Of a DNA stretch of 32,153 bases, positions 20,743 through 32,153 are shown piece by piece. Position numbers and translations under genes: made by a program. Origin of the DNA: Octopus bimaculoides (lineage: Eukaryota); NCBI RefSeq assembly GCF_001194135.2, contig NC_068981.1, positions 47,680,543 through 47,712,695 of the forward strand, written 5' to 3'. Each line of letters starts with the position of its first letter. Position 1 is the stretch's first letter. The notes beneath the pieces were generated by a model, which was given only the letters and a program-made list of their open reading frames with translations, was not told where the DNA came from and did not search any database.

Positions 20743-22020
20743 TCTATAAATATAAATTGTGTTTGTCTGTGTCTTTTCGTGTGTGCATGCGCATGCACGC
20801 GCACCTGTGTGTTTGTGTAAACCTGCAGATCGTCTGAAGTTCACAACTGATTTTCTCCAATCTGGGACATACATTACTTATGTTGCGGGGATGGTTGCAG
20901 ACTCTTAAAAATTTACCCGTAATGAGTAATTTGACCTCTGGTGGCAGAAATCCCCCTTTCCCCACATACGTACAAGTGCTCCCATGGTCCACGCTTTGCC
21001 TCAGTTCAAACTGGGAAAAACGGCTACCGAAATGATACAAGCAGTTTGTATTAAATGTATAAAACGATGTAGACTATGTTGCATAATGGTTTCAATTAAA
21101 CCCTGAGTAACTATTCAAATATTTTCTTCTGGCTTCAGTATCAAAGCATAGACAAAGCCCATACAAATATTCTTCAGCTATTGATTACGAAATATCGCAT
21201 GTACATTAACCATTAACCTACTAATCTATGCTTTTCAACCACGCTAGTTAGCGACCATCTCCTGAATGTAACCTTCTGTGTCCGGACGCTGCATGCAATA
21301 TTGTCTTCGTTTGTGAGCTGTGCTGTCCTAATAATTGTGGCACGCTGTTTACGCAAAAGGATTGCACGGCTGAGTTACAGTTATTGACTCCCACACACGT
21401 CCATAACCCAAAGTCACGTGACCCAACCACGTTTATTAGAGATCGTGTCCTTAATGTGACCTTGCATACACCAACGCTGCATGCAGAACTGTTTTCGTTT
21501 GGGAACTGAGTTATCCTCACAATGGTTGCCCACTGTTTACGCGAAAGACTGCATAGTTAATCCACGACTATTGATTCCAAACCGAAATATTGAATAAGTC
21601 CATCCTTTCCAATCGACATTCCCGCTTACCACGTCATTTCTTTCATGTAGATTTCTCTCCTGTGGTGCTCTTGAGCGCATCCCGACGCTTAATTTATCAA
21701 ATAGATGTAGCTCTCATGTGTGTTGATTGTCCAGCGTGGTAGCGGCAGCGCCGACAGCCACAAAGGAGATTATTTCCGCTGTGCAACTTTTGGTGCGTTC
21801 AAAAATCATATACACCACACCCATTTTTCATGACACAGTTAAGGCCAGGAATCTTAGAAACAGACGCCTGACATGTCATTTTGTCGAATTAGTCCTTCAT
21901 TTACTCCACAAATGGTTTGTCACCAATGCTACACTTCCACGTATCACGTTTCATTTTAACTGTACTATATATAGAAACTATGCGATTTAAATCCCTAGCA
22001 ACGCCGAGTATGTCTGCTAG
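20743..22020 (+). mobile_element. Probable non-autonomous Helitron (~1.28 kb)
   Basis: A|TC start (TCTATAAATATAAA then a GT-rich tract), degenerate 3' hairpin ccctagcaacgccgag at 21993-22008 (cf. cccggc-aac-gccggg), CTAG at 22017-22020 followed by T; no TSD; flanks rejoin as acacacgca/tgtatgtgtg. Confidence 0.6.
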
Positions 22021-22078
22021 TGTATGTGTGTGTGTGTGAGTGTGTGTGTGTGTGTCTCTCTATGCGTCTGTGTGTTTA

Positions 22079-22453
22079 CGAGGGGAAGTCAAAATGTATC
22101 CGCCCTTTCGTCATAACATAACATTATTGCCACACTCCCTTCTGCGCATGCCTGGCTTATAGATAGTACTAGTGTAGTCACATGATGGACATTTTAGTCT
22201 GATCGCGCCATTTTTCGTTCTGGTTTTACATTGTAATCATGACCACTCTACTAGCAATATGCACCAAAACAAGAAAGTGCATTAATCCGAGAGATGGTAA
22301 TGGTGAACCAGTTCACCATTACTAGTGGAGAGGCCATGACTTCGATCACGTGACAACAATAGTATCAACTATAAGTATGCATGTGCAGAGGGCGGCGTGA
22401 CAATAATAAAGATATATTATGGCGGAAGTGCGGATAATTTGTGACTTCCCTCG
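22079..22453. mobile_element. Mariner-type MITE (375 bp) with TA duplication and long imperfect inverted arms
   Basis: TA|CGAGGGGAAGTCAAAATGTATCCGC ... GCGGATAATTTGTGACTTCCCTCG|TA; inverted similarity continues about 110 bp inward (to gtcacatgat 22177-22186 / atcacgtgac 22345-22354). Confidence 0.85.
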
Positions 22454-23329
22454 TATATATTGTGAAATAAGCATATACCAGTGTAATCGTGTTGTGTGTG
22501 TCTCTATATGTATGCAAGTAAAGTTTTCTCCGTTTCTAGTTTTTATGTATACATGGTTTTATATAATGAAATTTCGTTCCTTTGGGAAAAATTCTAAATG
22601 TAAAATCTATTACTGTTGAAGTGTTCCTAATACTAAGTCTGATGCTTATAAATCCTATAGGGTACCTATACTCTTAAATGAATCATGTTCTTTCTGCTCC
22701 CCTGTTCTCCTGTACGATAGACATTTTGCATAATTTTCCTGGATGTAATATCAATGCTGAATTTCGTCAGATTGGGAAAAGCTACCTTGCGCTTTTGACA
22801 TGTGAGTTTTAGTATTAATGCCAGCATATATCCTGTTATCGACTACGTATTAAGTGAAATATTACATAGTTGAAATAATGTTTTCTGTTGGCGAAAATCT
22901 CTTGTAATTTTTACTCTTGAAACTGATTTTAAGGAATAGCAACAGGTCGAATCATTGACGATGGAGGCTTTATTGTTAAATTGTAAATTATATTAACTGA
23001 CTATAGCTTACATTTCCGTGGTTCATACATTTTAAATAATCGCCAACATTGATAAACCTATTGGACGACATTAGCTGAGGGGTTTATAACATGTAGTTAA
23101 GAAAGCTTATAAACATTCTTAATTGTCGACAGTGAATCTCTATATCGTTTCTGCCTGTTATTATGTTGGATTAATTGCAATAGACATGCTTTTATCTCGT
23201 TATATGATTCGACTTACGCCTTTAACCAATAGCTTTTTATTTTTAATGTTGTACCAGTCGCATTCCATTTCTAATTGATGCTATAAGTCTATGTTTATGA
23301 TATCTTCAGGACTTGTACACCCCCCCATA

Positions 23330-23360
23330 CACTCACACACACACACACACATACACACAC

Positions 23361-23453
<93 letters not shown>

Positions 23454-23505
23454 TATGGACATATACACACAGACAGACAGGCACACACACATACATACAT
23501 CTATG
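23330..23505. repeat. (CA)n(TA)n microsatellite
   Basis: Read directly. Confidence 0.95.
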
Positions 23506-23979
23506 TGTGTGTAGAATGGGAATTATAAAAGGAATATGAAGAGCGAAAATGATATTTGCCTGAAGAGATTAATAACAAAGTTCTGAAAGAATATGAAATA
23601 CGTGCAATATGTATTTGAGATTAACTTTACTACAGCTCTTTAGGATTTCAGGTTTAATGATGATAATAAGAACATTGGCAATCTCTTGATGATATACTTT
23701 AATACAATTCACAGATTTTTTTATAGGTTGCAGTCAAATGTATAAAGCAAACTATTGAGTTAAGACAATGGCATTTGTATGTTATTTATCTTACAAATTT
23801 GTCACAGGTACTTCCGAATTAGTTTCCTATGTAAGATTTCCTTTCGACTCAGATATTGTTCTGTGTTATATATAGTAATTTTAGTTCCCGAATTGCTTTT
23901 GTTGATGAATTGCTGAAATGTTAATGAAGCTTCAAAAGCTGATCGCTAATTATCTGCCGGGCAACAAATAGTCTCCGAC

Positions 23980-24085
23980 CATCAATTACCTTCCCAAACA
24001 TCATTTATATCCTTCAACATCAATTAACTCCCGAACATTAATTTTCTCCCGGAACGACAATTAATTTTCCTTGCATCAATTATTA
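23980..24085 (+). repeat. Degenerate ~18-20-bp minisatellite, about 6 units (catcaatta.c.tccc.aa)
   Basis: Units catcaattaccttcccaaa, catcatttatatccttcaa, catcaattaactcccgaa, cattaattttctcccc..., caattaattttccttg, catcaatta. Confidence 0.6.
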
Positions 24086-24242
24086 TCATTATCGTGGATT
24101 GACAGAATCATTAGAATTTTAAACGAAATGCTTTCCTTTATTTGTTCCGGCACTTTATGCTTCGCGTTCAAAGTCACCCTAATTGACTTAGTACGCCATC
24201 CCCGCGTTTTCTATAAAAGATTCTAGATGAAGTAGAGAGCTA

Positions 24243-24243
24243 A

Positions 24244-24301
<58 letters not shown>
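24243..24301 (+). repeat. (ATT)n microsatellite
   Basis: Read directly. Confidence 0.97.
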
Positions 24302-24749
24302 GGAGGTGTTGGAGGTGGTTTTGGTGGCAGTGTTGTTTTATGAGTATCGTGTTCTGGATTTATGTTATAAGTATCAGGTAATAACCCATAGAAGAACTAA
24401 TCAGAGTAGTGCATACTTCAGTTCTGCTGGTTGAGAAATAAATCTCTTCTAAAATGAAATTCAGGCGCTATTGTTGTGCCATTACTGTTGAATCTCAGTC
24501 AGGCAGTGAATGTAAGACATGGGCCGATTAAGTCAATAGTGAAAGAAATAGTACCTGCAGTTTGGTCATTTCTGTAGCGCACCTATTTTTGCAAGCAGTA
24601 TATTTAGACAAAGTTCAGACTATGTTTAGTTTTTAACATCTGAAATATAGCCAATATTTTGTTGCACTTTGTCTCATGTACAATGAGTTCGATGGACGTG
24701 AAGCCTCATATCTATAGTAGGCAAATGGAGGTAAAATAAAGAAGCAAAG

Positions 24750-24978
24750 CTACCTCACGAGTCATCCGACACATAAGGGCAGGCTTCATGGCGTTTATAT
24801 TCCCCACTTGGACGTGACGCCAATCCATTGCAGGATTACGCATTTTTGGAAACCGGATGGACTGGAGCAATGGGAAATTAAGATTTTTGATAAAAACCCA
24901 ATACATCGCACGGACCAAGAATCGAAACCACAATCTAACGATCATAAGTCCAACATCCTAACCACTAAGCCATGAGGC
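24750..24978 (-). mobile_element. tRNA-derived SINE of a second family
   Basis: A-box TGGCTTAGTGG (24962-24972) and B-box-like GGTTTCGATTC (24919-24929) with tRNA-like spacing; body contains tgctccagtcca and cctgcaatggattggcgtcacgtcca. Confidence 0.8.
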
Positions 24979-25603
24979 GGAGTATAGTATACCCTATTAT
25001 ACGAACGATTCAATGTCGCAACGAGTATAGCCCCTGTGGCCTATTCCAAAAGACATTTCAAATGGAGAATATGAATATCTTCAAGACGTATTAGGCTTAT
25101 AGCGGCAACAGTGTGTGTGGTTGCATGCATCGTATGGATTTCTTAAACCTTCCTTAAAAAAAAAAACAGTCAAAGATGCATCAAGATGAAGAAACGTTTC
25201 AGTATGTACTGGTCCTGTATATGTGCAATGCTGATTTTTTAGTGTGCATCGAATTGCCGTTGTGACGAGTTGGCCGGAGCATCGTAAGAGCCGAGGATGT
25301 CCTCAGTGTAAGCTGTTGGCTATGTTTAGCTCCGAAGATTGATCTTCATCTTCCTGGTGAGTATCTAAATCCAAAGCATATAGTGTATGATTGTTATGGT
25401 TTCAATGAAATCAGTGCCGTTTCTGGTCAAATATCATATGAACTGGAAGGCTCAAGTAAATTCCAATCTGTCAGCAGAAAGCACCGTCAGTCATTCGTGT
25501 TTTAGTTATCTACAGTTATGTGTATACAACTACATATGAATAGGCTTTTGTCTATTTGCAAAAATCCTGAATTCGATCGATATGTGTGTGTGTGTGTGTA
25601 TAT

Positions 25604-25648
<45 letters not shown>

Positions 25649-27648
25649 CATACATGCATGCATACNNNNNNNNNNNNNNNNNNNNNNNNNNNNNNNNNNN
25701 NNNNNNNNNNNNNNNNNNNNNNNNNNNNNNNNNNNNNNNNNNNNNNNNNNNNNNNNNNNNNNNNNNNNNNNNNNNNNNNNNNNNNNNNNATATATATATA
25801 TATATACTGGTCTGTTGCAAATGTCTCAATATTATTTAATATTATTACTTTTGTTAGCGTGTAGAGAAAATGTTTATTGACATTTCTTCTAATTCATTAC
25901 CTTCCGAACTGAAATTCCCCAGGGGTTTCAAATTTGCTTTTCATCCTTACGTGTGATGTATAGAAATAACGTGCCAGCTAACTAAGAACTGGGTTTGATG
26001 TAATCGGTTTACTTTTACTTCTCAAATTTGCTGCTCTTGTACTAAAATTAGAAAATATTTTTATCATAAGAATAATTATCGTTATCGTTGTTGCTACTGC
26101 TGTTTTTTTATAGATACTTGTACATGTTAATTCAAGTTTTATACTGAACTTTTTGGCAGCATTTCGTCATCCTGCCGTTTATTCGCACCAAGTCAACTCA
26201 GTTATCTCGAATCTCTCATAGTATTGTTTCGGTATGCAATATTATACGTGTTATGTAAATCTGCAATACGTAGGAGAAATGCTATATACTTTAGCCTCTT
26301 AGTGTCAGTTTTGCAGTTAGCTCTGTGCTCAGTTTACCACAAAAACATTTTGTGATCTTTAAGTTACACAATGTTTTTCCAGCACTAGCTGAGACCTCAT
26401 ATTTCTGAACATCCCTCCGTTAGTTTTGAAAATACCTTACGAGATTGTAAATATATGAGTTTAAAGCATTTATTTGTCCCTCGTGTGAGATCACATTTAG
26501 TGTCATTGATTCAATTGTAAAATAAGTCTCTATAGGGAACTCCCATACAGTTCTGTTATTATTATTCACTATCATAATTTCTAGCTTGAGATGATAGAAT
26601 GTTTAGGCACCTTGAACATATAATTACGTCCATCTTGACTTTCTCGTTCGGAAATGAAAATGTTTCCAAGACCCGCATGAGACCATTTTGAAGCGAAGAA
26701 AACTTCACAGTAGTTCTAGAAGATTGACAGTATAAAAGTAAACATACTCAAACTAATAGTACAACAGGAAAGAAAACTAAGCATCTACGGAGTTACAGCT
26801 GGCCTTTCGAAACAAATATCATCATTAGACGATATTTGCAGGAATTAGCTATGAATCAGCAGAATATTAAGTATCATCACCACATTTGTTAAGCAAACGT
26901 CTGTTAACATCTCAAGAGGTAATTCACCTTACACGCAAGTCGTGTAAACTTGAAGTCTCAGCTGAAATATTACTATCACAAGTATCGTCGACAACAACGA
27001 AAAATTATAGCAACAAACATTTCAAATTCCATCGCAGGAAATTAACATCAGCATTGTTATGCAAAATCATTTTGAACATCATCTACACCTTGTTTCAGAT
27101 ATATATTTTTAAAAGCATGTATTTCGAAATGTTAAATTATTTTTCTCAAATATATATTCCAAGAATTCTATATCTTGCATAATTTCATTTCTTTACAAAA
27201 TGAAAAAAAATTAGAAATATTCCCAGGAGAATATTCATCCAAATATTTTTTTGAAGTAGCTATCTAAGTAATTTAACTGCCGGGTAATAAATGTTGCAGT
27301 AAACACAAAAGAAACATACGAAATAAATGAAATGTGTCTCTGTTTCATTTTATTCTATATCTTCCACTTGTGATTTAGGAATTATTGCGATCAAATTTAT
27401 TTTATTTTTTCTCCAAGAAATATTCAACGCAAACTTTCAAATATTGTATCTGAAGATAGACCAAATGTCATAATGCATAGTTAACAGGGAAATCGTTTTA
27501 GTGGTTGCATGCAAACGGGGTTCGTATTCTATTGATTAACATACAGATTTTCTTTTTTATGTGAAACGCATCATAATTCAAAGCAACTGATCTTTGATGA
27601 TACCGGATCCAACACTATCTGAATAATTAAATAATTGAACATCTGACG

Positions 27649-27711
27649 TGTGATATATACCATACCATTTGTGATATATCATATGCCATTTGTGATATAT
27701 GTTATACCATT
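27649..27711 (+). repeat. 21-bp tandem repeat x3 (tgtgatatatNNNNNNccatt)
   Basis: Units start at 27649, 27670 and 27691. Confidence 0.9.
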
Positions 27712-27789
27712 GAGAATGTACTATTAATTTTAGCACACATCCAGTAATTCTGAGCGTTGAGTTCCTAGAATACATCGAATCCATTGTTC

Positions 27790-27932
27790 AGCTGGTACTC
27801 AATTTTCATTAACGCTGAAAGTATGAAAGGCAAAGTCGACATCGGCAGAATTTGAACTACGAAAATGATGACGGACGAAATGTCGCTAAGCATTTTTCCC
27901 GGAGTGTTAATTATTCTGCCACCTCGCCACCT
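27790..27932 (-). mobile_element. SINE fragment, same family as 22-477
   Basis: tgaaaggcaaagtcgacatcggcagaatttgaact..gacggacgaaatgtcgctaagcatttttcccgg..ttctgccacctcgccacctt. Confidence 0.7.
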
Positions 27933-28343
27933 TATTTTTGAGAATGTAATATTACCATTAATGAAATATGTATATATCGTGTGTCATGCTTTCATTTGTT
28001 CATGGACGAAATTATTGTGTTCTGCAATATTAATTGAAGTGTTAATATATAATCCCTGTAATACCAGTATATGTACGTAGTATATTATTAAACTATTTTT
28101 GGATTCCGAGATCCACTGCTCCAGGAATAGGAATGTTTTTCCATCGAAAGAGTTTAATTTCTAATGATTTTTATATAACTTTCATCAATTACTTGTTTCA
28201 GCCCTTACACTACAGTCATGGTGTGAAGAAATCGACTTCAGTACTTAATTTATCTGTTTAAGTCCGGTAATTTTTGTATTAGCGTCTGTTTCTGGAATCA
28301 GTAATTTATGGAGACGTAAAGATAGACACAAAAACACATTCTA

Positions 28344-28486
28344 TCTATTTATTTTCATTTATTCCTTTCTGTCGAAGAGCTTAGGCTCGAAACGTAAAAG
28401 GCTTCTCCATCTTACCCAAGCGTCAAACTAATACACTTGCTTGTTGTTCCTATACTAGTCTTCGTATTTGCTTTTCTATAAATTTA

Positions 28487-28488
<2 letters not shown>
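28344..28488 (+). mobile_element. Hammerhead-like repeat module, family 2, copy 2, ending in (TA)n
   Basis: Aligns with 8795-8935. Confidence 0.75.
28364..28401 (+). ncRNA. Minimal type I hammerhead-like motif with non-canonical core CUGUCGA
   Basis: CCTTT-CTGTCGA-A-GAGC-TTAG-GCTC-GAAA-C-G-T-A-AAAGG: perfect 5-bp stem I, perfect 4-bp stem II, palindromic ACGT stem III and GUA triplet; only position 6 deviates (U instead of A). Confidence 0.65.
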
Positions 28489-28523
<35 letters not shown>

Positions 28524-31500
28524 CACAGACAAAGACACAGACATACACAGACAGACAGACAGAAACACACNNNNNNNNNNNNNNNNNNNNNNNNNNNNNN
28601 NNNNNNNNNNNNNNNNNNNNNNNNNNNNNNNNNNNNNNNNNNNNNNNNNNNNNNNNNNNNNNNNNNNNNNNNNNNNNNNNNNNNNNNNNNNNNNNNNNNN
28701 NNNNNNNNNNNNNNNNNNNNNNNNNNNNNNNNNNNNNNNNNNNNNNNNNNNNNNNNNNNNNNNNNNNNNNNNNNNNNNNNNNNNNNNNNNNNNNNNNNNN
28801 NNNNNNNNNNNNNNNNNNNNNNNNNNNNNNNNNNNNNNNNNNNNNNNNNNNNNNNNNNNNNNNNNNNNNNNNNNNNNNNNNNNNNNNNNNNNNNNNNNNN
28901 NNNNNNNNNNNNNNNNNNNNNNNNNNNNNNNNNNNNNNNNNNNNNNNNNNNNNNNNNNNNNNNNNNNNNNNNNNNNNNNNNNNNNNNTATATATATATAT
29001 ATATATATGCCACTGAGAATCATGTATGAACAATCAGGATAATTTAATGTGTCACTTCCGATAGATAAGAAAATTGCTATCAATATTTTGAATATTTTAT
29101 TTGGCAGAAAGTTGGCATTCTACTATATTGGGCGTGATCAACTTCCTTTTAGTACCCAATCAATATGTATATGACCACACAACTATCGTTAGCACACAAC
29201 CTTCTGGAAGAAATTTGGGAATTAAATATTAGCTCAATATTTAATATATGTGATATTACATATAACGTGATGGCATAGGTTTTCTTCTTTTTGATTACAA
29301 AAAATCTTTCGTGTTTTTTTTAACATTTAGGAATAAATTATAGAATCCGGCGAGAAAATACATCCTTATTTGTGTTAATGCATATATGAACGTTGTGTTA
29401 CGTAGTTATATATAGACATTTTTGCAGTAAAATGCAATATCGTGGCCCCTCTATCGATGAGTATTTCCATCATTACCACAGATCAAATATCTGTTATAAT
29501 GGAAGCAAATGCTCTAAGCCATTGAGAAATCCCTCCAATATCCGAGTTTCGTGGCATTTTGTAACAAATTTGATAGGCAATCGTGCGTGATATTAATTTG
29601 TGCATCTGTGTTTCGCTCGTATTTGGATAACCTCTATATTTTCTCTTGCATTGATATAAATGAAACAGAATATGAGATGAAAATTTGAATGTGTATAAAG
29701 ATAGTATGTATTTAGAAGTGAACAGAACGTGATGATATCTATATGAGAACAAATTATCCACGATTTATGATGATTTGCGCCCCATTTTCTCGTCTGATTT
29801 ATGTTGTACACTACATATTGCATAATATAGACTCACTCATAAGCACTGCATAATATGTATAAATATTTGCTAGTCTTTGAAGCGCTTACCAACTGGAAAC
29901 TCATTACAGAATTATAGAAGTGATATATTAATGGATGTTACATGCATACCCACTTAATCCATAATTTAATACTCCGTGAACTTTCCTGGAAGTAACTACG
30001 TGTTCTATAATGTATATTTTTTAAAACGTTTCTTTCCTATGAACTGTTCACTTATGTGCTAGATTAGAATAAGGGGTGAATTCCTGCACACATAACCGCC
30101 AGTATTGAGATATGAACGCATTTCGAGCACACTGCATATAAGCTTGTAATTAATACGGTGCGTGGTCGATGTGATTAATGCAAAACAATATGGATAAATA
30201 AGCAGCATATTTGACATAATTGTCTGAACTCCCAAACGTTAGTGCTCTTACCAGATCTTTGGTTGCAAGAATGTGGACCAGGTGACTGTTTTCTGAATAA
30301 AATTGAAGCGCTGTTTACTGATGCCTCTCTTCTTGCATAGCGATCATACTAAATACAGGTAGAATATAGAAAAAAGTTTAGCGTCAGGAGTAATTCCTTG
30401 GGTTCATTTTAATAATGAGATCTGAGTGGTGATCCAAAAGAATTCGAAATATAGTATGCATATTACGCATTTTTAAGTTTTCACATTTGGATAGAAATAA
30501 CGGCGATTGAAAGAAGTATATGCATTGTCTGCACCTTAAGAACTGCCAATCCTAATTCTTTGTTAAAAAGAAAAACGGCAAAAAAATATATCAGAAACAT
30601 ATAGCATCATAACATGTTCCGAATGTATTGATTGCTTCTCCCACTTGCTATGTAAGATCACAAAATAACAGAAATGCTTTCATATATGTGTGTGTGTTTG
30701 TGTGTGTAAGTGTGCGTGTGAGTGAATGTGTGAATATGTCCGTGTGTCCGTGTGTGCATGTTTCAATACATAATAATAAGCAGTAAATTTAATATATGTA
30801 TGAACAATCCTTATCTCATGCAGAACCACTGCTTACGCAGCCGATAAAATATATCAGTTGTGTGAATTTTGTTTCGTTATCCAATACAATTAATTTTATC
30901 ACTAGAATTCCATCTCTACCGATAAGTTACAAAGTTAAAATAAATTAGTTTCTGTAGGAACTTGACTCTCTGACTTCAGAAAAATATTTTAAATATAATG
31001 CTAATGTAATTGTTTACACTGTTTGCAATTACAGAAATATCAGTGAACATTAGGGCGAAGATGTTCAAATATGTTTTTAAAATTGAGGTAATCATAATAT
31101 TATATAATAATGAAATCTGATAACAAAATGATTAGGTTTTTTTTTTGTATTATTAAATAACAATAGTCCTATGAACTCAGATACCAATTTTAAAATATAC
31201 TTCTATGTTTCATCCTGTTAACGTATATATCACTATTGGTTTCAAATTTTGGCAGAATGTAGCAAATCGCGGGAGTAATTTAAGAGCTGAAAACAGAAAA
31301 ATCTTACTAAACAAGCCGTCTTAAAACATAACTTCGTTGGGCAGTTTTCTCAGGTCTCTCACTGGTCTAGGGTCCCATTTCGGATCAATGTATATTATGG
31401 CTTTGGTCAATAAGAAAAATATCTATAAGACCCTGTACAGTGATTTATCCGCAGGAATATAAGGCTGCTGTGTCGGTCTTGATACTCAACACAGATATTC

Positions 31501-32153
31501 TCAAAATCTAAATCTCAAATGCACGACACTGAAACAGGCATCGTATAGAATACCAGTTGAACACTAGCGGTTACTCAGAAAAGCGTGTCCATATCTTTTA
31601 GAAATTGCAAATGTTACCAACTGAAATACACCTTGTGTTATTAGCACTTGTTAAAGAAAGAAATAATAGTTGATAGTATCCACTAAGTCATATAGAGAAA
31701 ATGGGCACCCATTCTGACCACAGCCAGTTATTTAAACAAGCTAGAGCTTGATGCAAATAACTCCGTAGAATTATTGCATACCAAAATTAATACTATACAA
31801 AGAGCGTTGCGAAATACTTGGAAACATATGGAAGCCATAACGTAACTGAAAACTTCTTACACCTCAGTCGCTGAAAGAATTATCGTCTGGACTGTCTGTA
31901 TTATCAGTTAAACGAGCACAATACATAACCTTACATCATAAAGAACCACAGCTAAAATGAAAAAATTACAGGATTACGCCATATAAAAAAGCCAGTACTA
32001 GGTTTTATTAATTAAACACCTTTGAATATATTAGCAACTGAATCATTAAAATACATCTGTCTTAATGTGTACATTCCAATTACCCTGTATCTTAAATATG
32101 TGTGTGTGTGCGTGTGTGTGTGCGTGTGTGTGTGATTATATATATATATATAT

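Noticed and set aside
23980-24085. CRISPR-like array (also considered for 27649-27711)
   Set aside because: Eukaryotic context; units are contiguous short tandem repeats with no unique spacers and no cas genes.
25328-25360. Possible 27-nt plus-strand micro-exon ending at a GTGAGT donor
   Set aside because: Weak acceptor and no supporting neighbouring exons.

Overview
AT-rich eukaryotic repeat-dense DNA with six assembly gaps (N runs at 3883-4052, 6035-6867, about 15975-16049, 25666-25789 and 28571-28987 are the main ones). The repeat landscape looks like a cephalopod (Octopus-like) genome; this is recognition from memory, not a search. No intact protein-coding gene is supported: almost all listed ORFs are microsatellite or gap artefacts. 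The only convincing protein homology is three decayed R4/Dong-type non-LTR retrotransposon pieces (RT, CCHC knuckle, restriction-like endonuclease), each bracketed by (TAA)n tracts on its own sense strand. The rest is tRNA-derived SINEs, a ~965-bp foldback element, a probable non-autonomous Helitron, a mariner-type palindromic MITE and a Tc1-like remnant. The most notable signal is RNA-level: two families of minimal type I hammerhead-ribozyme motifs with a loop-less palindromic ACGU stem III. Family 1 (6992-7037 +, 16971-17016 -) lies in a ~130-150-bp module directly after the (TAA)n tail of two different R4/Dong elements; at the second locus the order is tRNA-like Pol III head, (AAT)n, R4 piece, (AAT/AGT)n, R4 piece, (AAT)n, hammerhead module. 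Family 2 (28364-28401, 8813-8850, remnant 15594-15620) has a shared non-canonical core (U at position 6) and ends in (TA)n.
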